From: Rebecca billardiae RCC1528
Lineage: Eukaryota > Protista > Haptophyta
Direction: 5' to 3'
DNA: 64,000 bases
Assembly (NCBI GenBank): GCA_965240325.2
Contig: OZ251228.1
Coordinates: 2,356,001 to 2,420,000, forward strand
Position 1 is the stretch's first letter; each line of letters opens with the position of its first letter. Shown here in pieces: positions 10,892 to 21,694 of the stretch. The translations under genes were made by a program, and so were the position numbers. Below the pieces are notes generated by a model. It made no database searches. It was not told the origin of the DNA and saw only the letters and a list, made by a program, of their open reading frames with translations.

Positions 10892-13316
10892 GAGGAGGCG
10901 CAGCAGGAGGAGGAGGAGGAGGAGGAGCGGACGCCGGGCGGCTGCGCCGAAGCGGGTGCCGCCCCGGCCATGGACGCGTGTGCTGCGCGGCAGATCCGCT
11001 CGCCCAGCGCCACGGGCGCCGCAGCGCACGGCGGGCAGCCGGGCGCGGCGGCACACGGCTGCGCGGCGCTGGTGCGCGCGCACGCGCACACGCGGCGCCT
11101 CGGCCGCTGCGCCCGCGCCGCGCGTGGCCCCCGTTCGGACCCCCCATGCACCCGTCGCTCACGCTGCCCGCGCCCGCGCGCACGGCCACGCGCGCGCGCG
11201 CAGACACCGTCGCCCCTCGCGAGGCCCGCGCGCCTCGAGCAGCGGAGCGAGCAACCAGCGGGCACGGCCGAGATCGAGATCTCAGCGGGCACGGCCGAGA
11301 TCGAGATCTCAGCGGGCACGGCCGAGATCGAGATCTCAGCGGGCACGGCCGAGATCGAGATCTCAGCGGGCACGGCCGAGATCGAGACCTCGCGGCGGCC
11401 GCGCGCGGCGGCCGGGCCCGCGGGGGCGTCCCCGAGTCGCGCGAGCCCCGCCGCGCCGTCCGCGCACGCCTCGCCGGAGCCCCCCGCGAGCGCGTCGGCG
11501 CGCGCCCTTGGCGCCGCCGGCTGCGCCGAGGCGGCGTCGCCCTCGGCGGCTGCCACCGCCTCGGGCGCTGGCACCCCTGCGCCCGTGCACTCGCGCGACG
11601 CGACGCCCGCCGGCACCCCGGAGGTGGGCTCGCTGTGCGGCTCGCTCGCGTGGCCGGCGCAGCCTGCACTCGACGAGTGCACCGCCGCCGCCGCCGCCGC
11701 GACCGCGGCCGCCGTCGCCGCCCGGAGCCGCGCCTTTGCGCCAGCGGCGGCGGCGGCCGACGCCGAGGGCGCGGCCGAGCGCGCCGGCGCGGACGGCGCG
11801 CGCGCGCGCGAGCAAGGCGCGAGCGTCGGCGGAGACGAGGCGGCGGCGGGCTCGGCCGGGCTGGCGCGCGAGCGCTGCGCCCCCTCTCCGCGCGCGCACG
11901 CGCACGCGCCCATCTCTGCGCCGGTGCCACTGCCGCCGTGGCCCGCGCCGCGCGACCGGTCTGCGGGTCAGCTCAGCAGCGGCCACTCGCCAGTGTCGCG
12001 GGTGGCGGATGGCGGCGCGCCCGGCTGTGCCGACTGGCCCGAGGGCCGCTCGCCGCCGGGCGCGACGGCGAGCCTGGCCTCGCCGGCGCTCCCTCTCTCC
12101 GCGCGCTGCGCCGAGGCCGCGCGCGCCGCGCCGCCGGGCACGGCCGCGGGCGCGGCGGCGCGCAGTGACGGCGCGGCGGCCGCAGCGCTGAGCCCCGCGC
12201 GCGCCTCGGCTCCCGCCGCGCGCGCGGACGACGTGCCCGCCTCGCCGCTCGCGCTGATCAGCCGGTACGCGAGCGAGGTGGCGAGGCTCGACGTCTCGGT
12301 CGCCGCCGAGGCCGAGGCGCGGCGCGAGCTCGAGCACTTCGCCGCGGCGGCGGTGGGCGAGCTCGGCGCGGCCGAGGCCGACCTGCGCGCTGCGCTGTCG
12401 GAGCACGAGAGCATGCGGCAGGGGCTGGCCGAGATGGAGGCGGCGCTGGCGCAGGAGCGCGCGGCGGGTAGCCGCGTGGCGGACGAGTCGCGCGCGCGCT
12501 CGGCCGAGCTCGCCGCCGCGCACCGCTCCCTCGACGCGCACGAGACGCGCTGCGCCGCGCTGCGCGCCGAGCTGGACGGAGTGCGCGCGGCGTGCTCGGC
12601 CGCGAGCGGCGCGTTCAGAGCCCAGATGGAGGAGGTGACGAGGCTGGTGGCGCAGAAGGACGCGCAGAGCGACGCGCTCAGGGCGCGGGTGCGCGCGCAA
12701 CGCGCGCGCCCGCGCGACCACCCGCGCGCGCCGTCGAGGCGCGCGCGCTCACACGCGACGCGACGCGCGCGCGCGCGCGCATGCGCTCACCGCACCCTGT
12801 GCACGGGCTGCGCGCGCGCGCGCGCGGCCGTGCTGCGCGCAGGTCGCCGAGCTCGAGCGCGCGATTGACGCGCAGCAGCGCGCGTCGTCGCGCGGAGAGG
12901 CCGTGGCCGCCGAGCCGCCGGTCGCGTCGCAGCGGCCGCAGCAGCGCAGCACGCTGCGCGTCCTCGCCAACAACGCGCACGCAGAGCGCATGCGGCTGCT
13001 TGGCCACCACCATCCGGCTCGGAGGGCGGGCGCCGAGCCGCCCTCGTCCGCGTCGCCCAAGCCGCGGGAGGACGAGCAGGCGAGCGCGGCGGACGGGTCC
13101 TCCGAGCCGCGAGGCGCGCGACCCTCGCGCGAGGGTTCGGAGCCGCCGCTCCACGGCTCTCCTCGTGGCAGCAATCCGCGCACGCTCGCGGCACGCGCCG
13201 CATGCGCATGCAACCACGCCGGCGCTGCCAGCAACAGTCCAGCGCGTCGGCGATGCCTGGCGCAGCAGTCCGCGCGCGGGGGTGCGGACGAGAACGAGGC
13301 GCCACCTACGCTCTGA
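3863..13316 (+). CDS. Giant Ala/Arg/Glu-rich coiled-coil protein (~3050 aa), predicted exons 3863-11071, 11204-12688, 12843-13316
   Basis: 3023-codon ORF with heptad-like A/E/R stretches, first ATG at 3863. GTGCGC..CGCAG introns at 11072-11203 and 12689-12842; splicing the second joins ..DALRAR to VAELERAID.. in the 12903-13316 frame. Confidence 0.75.
10824..10926 (+). repeat. Coding (CAG)n/(GAG)n tract (polyQ then polyE)
   Basis: QQQQQQQQPQQQQQQQQQQQQEEEAQQEEEEEEE in the giant ORF. Confidence 0.9.
11256..11390 (+). repeat. 27-bp coding minisatellite x5 (AGTAEIEIS)
   Basis: cagcgggcacggccgagatcgagatct repeated five times, last copy ending gagacct. Confidence 0.95.
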
Positions 13317-13714
13317 CGCCACGGTCACCTCACAGATCCGTGCGACGGGGCCGCGGGCGAGTCGTCCGAGCCAGGTGTACAGTATGGGCGCCATCTTGAG
13401 ATAGGCGCGGAACCGGCGGCATCACTGCCGGTTGCTTGCTCGCCCGCCTGGCCCTGTCATAACAGACATCAGTCACTGTGGCGTCGAGTGACGTCGACGA
13501 CGACTGCATCGGCATCGTCACATCGTTAACGGGCTCGTCTGACTGACTAGTAACTTGGGCCTGTCGCGCCGACGAGACGGCGCTACTGCGTGGCCATGCC
13601 CACAGGCACAGCCCGAGTGCCTCGATGATCCATCAGCTCGAGCGCCTCCGCCGGGTCGTCGCGCTTGAACGCCGACCACTGCTCCTGCTTCACGACTCCG
13701 GCCAGACCGCGGCA

Positions 13715-15169
13715 TCAACCAGCGCGCGTGGTAAAGTCGATCTGACCCACAGTCACCACGGGGAGCTCTGGCTCTTGCGGGAGCACCGACACGGACACTG
13801 GATCGTGAGGCTGATGGTGTCCCACCTGCGGGTGCATCGAGCCAGAGGGGGGGAATTCTTCGCCCACGACAATTGGTAGTAGCATTGGAGACACAGTCAA
13901 CTCGACTTGTGGCCAGCCTGTTGCATTGGCTGGCAGCGGAGCAGTGCTGGGCCTTGCACGCGCAGCACATGCAGGCCCATCGGCATCGCAGTGCTGCGCT
14001 CGGGGACGTTTGCTGGAACCGATCTGGGAGAGCATTGCGCCAGAGCTCTGGGCCACGTGAACGCCGCTGTTGCCATGTGACAGCGGAAGCATGCCGGCCA
14101 GCTTGTGCTCAGCGCACCGGCTGGCGCGCGCGTCGCCCGGCATGCCGAAGTTAGGCCGTGTGGTGCAGCCGGTGTGATCACACTTGCGGCTCCTCACGTC
14201 GACCATGCCAGCCAGCTTGTGCTCAGCGCACCGGCTCGCGCGCGCGTCGCCCGGCATGCCAAACGAAGGCTGCTTGGTGCAGCCGGCGTGATCACACTTG
14301 GAGCTCCTCACATTGACCATGCCGGCCAGCTTGTGCTCAGCGCACCGGCTGGCGCGCGTGTCGCCCGGCATGCCGAATGAAGGCCCCTTGGTGCAGCCGG
14401 TGTGATCACACTTGCGGCTCTTCACGTCGACCATGCCGGCCAGCTTGTGCGTTGCGCACCGGCTGCCGCGCGCATCACCCGGCATGCCAAATGATGGCTC
14501 CTTTGTGCAACCAGCCTCATCGCACTTGCGGGTCACCACGTTGACCATGCCGGCCAGCTTGTGCTCAGCGCACCGGCTGGCGCGCGCGTCGCCCGGCATG
14601 CCAAACGAAGGCTGCTTGGTGCAGCCGGCGTGATCACACTTGCGGCTCACCACGTTGACCATGCCGGCCAGCTTGTGCGTACCGCACCGGCTGGCGCGCG
14701 CGTCGCCCAGCATGCCGAACACAGGCTCCTTGGTGCAGCCGGTGTGATCACACTTGGGGTGCTTCACGTCGACCATGCCATCCAGCTTGTGCGTAGCGCA
14801 CCGGCTGGCGCGCGTGTCGCCCGGCATGCCGAACAAAGGCTGCTTGGTGCAGCCAGCGTGATCACACTTGCGGCTCACCACGTCGACCATGCCGGCCAGC
14901 TTGTGCGTTGCGCACCGGCTGCCGCGCGCATCACCCGGCATGCCAAATGATGGCTTCTTTGTGCAACCAGCCTCATCGCACTTGCGGGTCACCACGTTGA
15001 CCATGCCGGCAAGCTTGTGCTCAGCGCACCGGCTGCGCCGAGCATCACCCGGCATGCCGAATACTGGCAACTTTGTGCAGCCGGCCTCATCACAGGTTCG
15101 GCCATGGACGTTTGCAGCCATGCTTTCCTCAGCAGTCTGCCCAATAGTAAGGTTCGGGCCAGATAGCAT
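13715..15169 (-). CDS. EsV-1-7-type cysteine-repeat protein, 9 x 38-aa repeats (copy A)
   Basis: Repeats of CDHAGCTKxPxFGMPGDARASRCAEHKLAGMVDVxxxK (C-x4-C-x16-C-x2-H) match my recollection of the EsV-1-7 Cys motif. ATG at 15169 or 15121, unique C-terminus containing SKRPR. Confidence 0.85.
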   Translation of the reverse strand: MLSGPNLTIGQTAEESMAANVHGRTCDEAGCTKLPVFGMPGDARRSRCAEHKLAGMVNVVTRKCDEAGCTKKPSFGMPGDARGSRCATHKLAGMVDVVSRKCDHAGCTKQPLFGMPGDTRASRCATHKLDGMVDVKHPKCDHTGCTKEPVFGMLGDARASRCGTHKLAGMVNVVSRKCDHAGCTKQPSFGMPGDARASRCAEHKLAGMVNVVTRKCDEAGCTKEPSFGMPGDARGSRCATHKLAGMVDVKSRKCDHTGCTKGPSFGMPGDTRASRCAEHKLAGMVNVRSSKCDHAGCTKQPSFGMPGDARASRCAEHKLAGMVDVRSRKCDHTGCTTRPNFGMPGDARASRCAEHKLAGMLPLSHGNSGVHVAQSSGAMLSQIGSSKRPRAQHCDADGPACAARARPSTAPLPANATGWPQVELTVSPMLLPIVVGEEFPPSGSMHPQVGHHQPHDPVSVSVLPQEPELPVVTVGQIDFTTRAG

Positions 15170-15349
15170 CTCGCGCCGCGCGCGGCTTCATCGCCGGGGA
15201 TGCACACAGGTTTTGGCCGGCTAAAATTCTGTTCGGGCCGAAAGGAAAAAGGCGTGCGGAGCAGCAGGCTGAGGAAATGGGCAGGCGCTGCGTGCTGCTT
15301 CGTAATCCGTACAGCGCGGCAGGCGCCATCCTTTCCAGCGGCGACCGCC

Positions 15350-16282
15350 ATGGGGTGGCTCAACGCGCTCGGCGCTGCCGTCGCCACGTTTGGGCCGGTG
15401 GGCACGATCTTCGCGATGGTCGTGTACCCGCGCCCTTATCGGGTGATCCTCTCGCTGTCGAGCGCGTTCGCCTTCGCGCTCTGCGTGATGGCGAGCGGGC
15501 TGGTGTGGACGATCATCCCGCCGCTGCGGCAGCAGCTCGCCGTGCTCGCGGTGTACTCGACGGCCATCCAGGAGCTCGGCCGCTTCGGCATGTACGTGGC
15601 GTACGTGCGCTTGCAAAAGACGATCGCGACGATGCGCGGCATCTCCAGCCACAGCCTAGACTTCGCCGCCTCGCCCGCGCACGCGTTCATGGAGCGGGTG
15701 GCGTGCGCCACCGCCATCGGCGTCGGCACCGGCGCGACGCACGCCCTGCTCATCACGGGGCGCCAGCTGAGCGACGCCTCCTCGCCCGGGTCCTCGTACG
15801 TGCCCGGCTGCGCCATGTCCCAGTACGGCCTGGGCGCGCTCGTCGCCCTCGCCTTCGCCCTGCTGCACGTGGTGTGGACCATATATGCGTTTGTCGACGC
15901 GTACCCGCGCCAGTCCAAGGCAGGGGTGGGCCTCGTCGCCGGTGCGCGCGCTGCGGAGCGCCCCGCGCGCGCCGCGGTGGCGCCGGGTGGCCGCGTGGCG
16001 GGAACGCCCGGCGGCCAGCGGCACCCCTGTCGGCGCCGCGCTCTGCAAGCGCTCACTGTTGCGAGCGCTCGGACCCCCCCGCGCAACGTGCCGCCCGCAG
16101 GCTCACACCTCGCTGCCTCTGGGATCACTCTGCTGCACGCGGTCGACGGGAGGCCCGCCCTTCAGTGCGGTGGGCTGACGCTGCCGCTCCTGTACGTGGT
16201 GCTGATTGCGCTGTGCGCCGCGACCGCTCGTTCCGCTCTGTCCACGCTCCGAAAGCAAGGGCGCGCAGGGGGCATCTCATGA
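15350..16282 (+). CDS. APH1: Gamma-secretase subunit APH-1, exons 15350-15941, 16101-16282
   Basis: MGWLNALGAAVATFGP start, ILSLSSAF, IQELGRF, IGVGTG, ALLHVVWT and GSHLAAS motifs, multi-TM. 159-nt GT-AG intron. Confidence 0.88.
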   Translation: MGWLNALGAAVATFGPVGTIFAMVVYPRPYRVILSLSSAFAFALCVMASGLVWTIIPPLRQQLAVLAVYSTAIQELGRFGMYVAYVRLQKTIATMRGISSHSLDFAASPAHAFMERVACATAIGVGTGATHALLITGRQLSDASSPGSSYVPGCAMSQYGLGALVALAFALLHVVWTIYAFVDAYPRQSKAGVGLVAGARAAERPARAAVAPGGRVAGTPGGQRHPCRRRALQALTVASARTPPRNVPPAGSHLAASGITLLHAVDGRPALQCGGLTLPLLYVVLIALCAATARSALSTLRKQGRAGGIS

Positions 16283-17672
16283 CCGCTTCGCCAGCGGCCG
16301 CAGCGCGACTGCGCGACGCTCGGGACTACTAACACATTGTAGGACCGTCATCGTAAAGAAACCAGCTGCTGCGCTTTAAAGTACTCTTGTGCGCGCTGTG
16401 GTGTGCGCTGAGTGGTAGCGCACTCTGAGTCTGAGACTGAGTGTGAAATAAGTCGTACTCGCGCGGGTTGGGCCGCGGCGCGGCGGCGCCGGGCCGTCCG
16501 CGGCCTGTCGTCGGAGTGGCGGGCTCGTCAGCATCGAGCGGCTCGGTCAGATCCGAGTCCGCGTGACGCGTCGCCGCGCCGCACTGTGTCTGTCGTCACT
16601 GCGGCAGCGGCGTCGGCCACACATCATCGGCCTACGACTCGTCTGATCATCAGTACAGACGATGACAGTCTAGGCCACATCAGACAACTACGACCACCCC
16701 CTTAGACCCTGCCGCCGCTGCCAATAGTCTGAGACTCTTCCGGCCGTGCCCGTGTCCGGTGAAGCTACGCCGCTGGTGAGCTACGCCGCTGGAGAACTGC
16801 AAGCTGCTGTCTCCACCTGCTCTCCGCAGTCGCGGTATAGGCTTCGTCTCGGTCTTCCCCGTTTGAATTCTAGGAAGACCGACTCCGAGACCGACAGCTA
16901 TCGTGGTGGCGGTGTGCCCGGCTGAGGCGGGCGCACGAGCATTCCCAAGCCCAAGGCGCCAGCCTTGTCAGCGACGAGCGCATTGGCAACGGCGTGCATG
17001 TGACACTGCTCACCTTCCGACGCGTCGATGAGCTACGCAAGGAGGTCGGCGAGCCGTGCCCGCGGAGTGCCTGCGTCCCGCGAGACGCACTGCTGTGCAG
17101 ACAAACCCCCCACTACAAGGAGTCATCTGTCTATCTGCACAGCACCGGCCAACCCCGCTTCGACTCCCTTGGCGCTTGCACCGGTGCACGCGTCGTCGGA
17201 TGCACAGAACCGCGCCAAACGGAAAGGCCCACGACTGTCCTAGCAAAATGGTATGATGGTTATGACGTTGTAACTACAGTTTACTACTAGAAAAGAGACG
17301 CACATACAGCGCTCAGGCAGGCGAGAGTACTTTGCAGCAGCCGTTTACCCAATGTGCTATAAGTGGGAATACAGGCACCGAACGGCGCGAATCTGCTTCG
17401 AATCTGAGAGTAGATTCCGTCATTTTGACCGTGCTCGGGTATGATAGTAACGCGCGCACCAATGAGACGTACGGTCAGGCCTGCACCCGTTCTACTATGA
17501 TACGTACATGGGCTGAGGAAAGCTTCAGTTCAACTCTTCCAAAAACTACCCGGAACCTCAATCAAACCCGGGTGCCACTGGCGGCGAATCATCCACTGAT
17601 GCCCTTTGCGAAGCGCCCTGAGCGCGCCACCTCTTGTCAGAGGACGACCGCCCGCCTCCTCACAGGGCGAGA

Positions 17673-19265
17673 ATGCCGCCGTTCCGACCCGAGCTCAGCA
17701 TCTGTGCAGACTGGGCGAGTGAGGGCGACAGGCCACTCGCCACCGACGGCGCGCAGAACGCCGACAGCACCAAGGACACAGTCGCCCAGCGGATGAGTCG
17801 ACTCACCGCGGAGCAGGGCAGCAGCCTGGCCGCGAAGCACAACACGGGCTTGTGTATCCTGCACGAAGCGCGAGAGCCCAAGGAGGCGGCAGCGTGGTTC
17901 GAGTGTGCGGCGAATGAGCGCTTTGCCCCTTCCGAGTACGCCATGGGCGTACTGTACGCCACAGGCGAGGGCGTGGAGCAGGATGCGCTGGCAGCCCGAC
18001 GCTGGATTTTTAGCGCGGCTGAGCACGGGTACGCGCGAGCGCGCCTGTGCCTGGCGGATTGCCTCAACGACCCGCGGAAGGCGCCAATCCTCGGGCTGCG
18101 AGAGGACCACTCAGCAGCCGTGTGGTGGTACCGCGGGGCGGCTGAGCAAGGCGACCTCAGGGCCAAGTTCGAGCTCTCGATGTGCCTCGAGCTCGCGCGC
18201 GGGGTCAGCCGCGTCGACCTGGTCGAGGCGCTGCGCCTGCGCCGCGAGGCTGCTGAGGGGGGGCAGCTCGAGGCGCAGTACGCGATGGGTGGCTTGATCC
18301 GGAAGGCGAACCCGGCCGAGGCCGCCGGTTGGGATCGCGCTGCCGCCGAGCGCGGCCACGCCCTCGCGCAGCACAACATGGGTCGCAACTACGCGTGTGG
18401 CAACGGCGTGGTGCAAGACCTCGTCGAGGCGGTCCACTGGTACCGCCTCGCGGCCGAGCAAGGGGCGGCATGCGCGCAGGTCAACCTGGGCCAGTGTATC
18501 CTGGCGGGGCGGGGCGTTGGCCGCGATGTCGCGGCTGGGCTGCGCTGGCTCGAGTCGGCTGCTTCGCAGGGCGATGGCTGCGCGCGCAATCTCTTGGCTC
18601 ACCTGTACTCGAGCGGCCAGGTGGAAGGCGTGCCGCGCGACCTGGACCGGGCGCGCCGTGTGCTGCTGCAGGCGGCCGAGCAGGGGTATGCGCCGTCGCA
18701 GCACACCGTCGGCGTATGCTGTATGCAAGGCCTGCGCGGCTTCACGCGCGACAACAACGACGCTCTGCGCTGGTTCAGCCGGGCTGCCAGGCAAGGCCAC
18801 AGCTACGCACAATTCAACGTCTTCGCCGTGCGGATGCTCCCCGACGTGCTCAGCACCGAGGCGGAGATGGACGAGGCGGGCATGTTTCTGCGCGCAGCGG
18901 CGTCGACGGGGCTGGCACTCGCGCAGCTCCATCTCGGCCTGATGCTCGTCGACGACAAGCGGTGGGACCGGCGATGTGTCCAAGTGGCCCGCGAGAGCAG
19001 CTCCGCGGAAGAGGCTGCTGCTGTCTCCATGCTGCTTGCAGCCAAGTCGGCAAAGCACCTTGGCGAGTGCCCATCGCTGTGGCAGAGCAACACCGAGGCG
19101 GTCAAGTGGATTCAACTGGCTGCGCAGGGCGCTGATGACAGCTGCGCCCGGCTCTCGTGCCCCGGCGCAGAACAGCAGGCTGCGCGGAGCGGCAGCAGCG
19201 CAGACGATGCTGGCTCACGGCGGCTTGCAGGGATCTATCTTCAGGCACTGTCATCCGCCATGTGA
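17673..19265 (+). CDS. Sel1-like repeat (SLR) protein
   Basis: Multiple 'A..W...AAEQG...AQ..LG..Y..G.GV..D' repeats. Start ATG uncertain (17673 or 17793). Confidence 0.92.
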   Translation: MPPFRPELSICADWASEGDRPLATDGAQNADSTKDTVAQRMSRLTAEQGSSLAAKHNTGLCILHEAREPKEAAAWFECAANERFAPSEYAMGVLYATGEGVEQDALAARRWIFSAAEHGYARARLCLADCLNDPRKAPILGLREDHSAAVWWYRGAAEQGDLRAKFELSMCLELARGVSRVDLVEALRLRREAAEGGQLEAQYAMGGLIRKANPAEAAGWDRAAAERGHALAQHNMGRNYACGNGVVQDLVEAVHWYRLAAEQGAACAQVNLGQCILAGRGVGRDVAAGLRWLESAASQGDGCARNLLAHLYSSGQVEGVPRDLDRARRVLLQAAEQGYAPSQHTVGVCCMQGLRGFTRDNNDALRWFSRAARQGHSYAQFNVFAVRMLPDVLSTEAEMDEAGMFLRAAASTGLALAQLHLGLMLVDDKRWDRRCVQVARESSSAEEAAAVSMLLAAKSAKHLGECPSLWQSNTEAVKWIQLAAQGADDSCARLSCPGAEQQAARSGSSADDAGSRRLAGIYLQALSSAM

Positions 19266-20503
19266 CGCACGGCATGTGAAACCCGTTGATTGACTGAATG
19301 GCAGCATCCCGAAGGAAGAGGCTCGAGCACCAGCAGTTCTGGCACGCCGCCTCTCCGCCATCAACGCCGCACCGCGTCCGGGTCCGTATGATAAATAATG
19401 ATTCGCACCGCACATAAGTGTCATCTACGTCAGTCAGTACTTGACTGTTAGTGAGTTAGGGCTGCGACCGGGCTGGCAGCCCGCGCCGCCCGCGCGCGAC
19501 GTCCGCGGCCACCCGTCACTCCTCAGCGCCACACGCAATCCGTTGGCGTCAGGCTGCCCTGCATCGTAGTAACCTAGGCCCGTCGCGGTACCCTCGGCCC
19601 GCTTGCTTACCGCACCGCTCTCCCCAAGCGCGCCTGCAATAAGTGCCTCCGGACGCGTCTCCCGCTTGCTCACTCAGCCTCAGGCCGCTGCGGTCACGCA
19701 GCCGCCGGCTCAACCGCCGGCCGAGAGGGAAGACTCGAGCCACGGCCTTGGATGCGGCGCCGCTGCCCGGCTCTGTGCGCGGGCGGGCGTGCGCGGGCCT
19801 CACCGTGTAACCGTGAGCAGCGGCGCACTCCGCGCAGGCGGTCTGAAGGAGAGCTGCGCGTGATCCGCACTTCCACCCCGCTCTCGGCCCGTCTGCTTAC
19901 TCTGTCTGAGCAGCGCCTGCGGTTTCGGGCTCCGTGTCGCGTCCGGGGCCGCCGCCAGCCGCACTCGGCGGCACGCCGCCACGCCTAGCACAGACAGCAG
20001 CGGCCAAGACGAGCAGGCATTTGGCGTGCGATTACTGTACTACTAGTCCGTAAGGCGCGCGCCGCGCGCCGGCTGGAAGGAGTGCGAAGTCTGGTTGGCT
20101 GCCAGTGCGATTACTATGTACTGTAGTCCGTAAGCTCCCTGCACCACTGGCAGGCGTGACTCTGCTCCGACGGCTCGTCGCGGTGGCCAGGCGGACCACG
20201 CACGCACATGCGAGGGTCCTCGGCAAGCGCCAGCCGCTCGGGCGGACGCGGTTCGCGCACAACGCGACGAGCGCGCTCCCTGTCCGCGAAAGAGCCGTCT
20301 TGCGTGCTCGAGAGTCGAGGGCCGGCGGGTGGTTGTTGATGCGGTTTACGTGGACGGACGCACGGACGCGCCTCGCCTCGGGGCAACTCGGCAACCCCAA
20401 GTCGCAGAGCGACCCCTGCCGTTGGCCGTTTACTTACAGGGCCATGCATTTATGAGTATGCGCGCCGACTCGCCGACGACTCCATCACTTTCTCCGCTCC
20501 CCA

Positions 20504-21337
20504 ATGCTCGCCACCACGATGTCTCGCAGCGCACTCTCGTGCCTCGTTCTCGGGGCTCTCTGTGTTGCCATTGCGCTGTTCCGCGTAGGCGTACTTCCCA
20601 AGCCTACCATGATCCTCGGCGAGGCAACCGCTCCGCGTGGCGACGCTCGGTGCGGGCCGTTGTTTGGCCACGCGCGCTGCCAATGCAAGAACGGCGGGCC
20701 CAAGTACTGCAACGAAGCGAACGGGTGGTGCGGCGTGACGGACGCACACCGTGACGCGCAGCCTTCGACAAAGTACGATGCCCAAGGCTGTGCGGATACG
20801 AGCGCTCCGCGCATCGACGCTCGGTGCGGGCCCTTGTTTGGCGATGCGCGCTGCCACTGCCTCAAGGAAGGGCCCAACTACTGCAACGAGGACAGCGGGT
20901 GGTGCGGGGTGACGGACGCGCACCGCGACGCGCAGCCGTCGAAGAAGTACGATTCCCAAAACTGTGGGGTAACGCCCCCGACGACCACTCACCGCGGTGA
21001 TCGGTGCGGGCCGTTGTTTGGCGATGCGCGCTGCCACTGCCACAACGGCGGACCCAAGTACTGCAACGAGGCGAACGGGTGGTGCGGCGTGACGGACGCA
21101 CACCGCGACGCGCAGCCTTCGACGAAGTACGATGCCCAAGGCTGTGCGGAGACGAGCGCTCCGCGTGGCGACGCTCGGTGCGGGCCGTTGTTTGGCGATG
21201 CGCGCTGCCACTGCCTCAAGGAAGGGCCCAACTACTGCAACGAGAACAACGGGTGGTGCGGCGTGACAGACGCACACCGCGACGCGCAACCTTCGACGAA
21301 GTACGATGCCCAAGGCTGCGGCAAGAGTCGTCTTTAG
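20504..21337 (+). CDS. Secreted or signal-anchored protein with four hevein/chitin-binding-like Cys repeats
   Basis: Hydrophobic N-terminus, then four ~58-60-aa repeats RCGPLFGxARCxC..GPxYCNExxGWCGVTDAH..QGC resembling the CBM18 CG..C...GWCG.T..H pattern. Confidence 0.75.
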   Translation: MLATTMSRSALSCLVLGALCVAIALFRVGVLPKPTMILGEATAPRGDARCGPLFGHARCQCKNGGPKYCNEANGWCGVTDAHRDAQPSTKYDAQGCADTSAPRIDARCGPLFGDARCHCLKEGPNYCNEDSGWCGVTDAHRDAQPSKKYDSQNCGVTPPTTTHRGDRCGPLFGDARCHCHNGGPKYCNEANGWCGVTDAHRDAQPSTKYDAQGCAETSAPRGDARCGPLFGDARCHCLKEGPNYCNENNGWCGVTDAHRDAQPSTKYDAQGCGKSRL

Positions 21338-21694
21338 ACTGTGCCTGACCGTTCTTTTCGGTCTGCCGAGGCGCCTCGTGGCTCGCTGAATTGACGCCGG
21401 ACGCCGATGCCACTACAGGTCCGCCTGCCATTATGAGGCCGCCCTGATCCGCAGCCACTAACGACTACGATTATTCTCATTCATAATTCTTTCGACTTTC
21501 TCAGCCGACGCGCCGGCAGTCACAGATTCTACACGGTTAGAATAAGTATAGCGCGCGCAGTTCTGCGCATTTATTAAATTCAGAGCAGTATAAGTTACTG
21601 CTATACTCTATTAGAGAGAGACTGAGAGAGAGAGCCTTTTAGAAAATGATAAATTTATTGATTATATTATACGGGTGCGCCAGAGTCTGCACAG

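Noticed and set aside
4149-12721. Many long overlapping ORFs (e.g. 7594-11913 minus, 1439 aa)
   Set aside because: Antisense or alternative-frame shadows of the Ala-rich gene in stop-poor GC-rich DNA.
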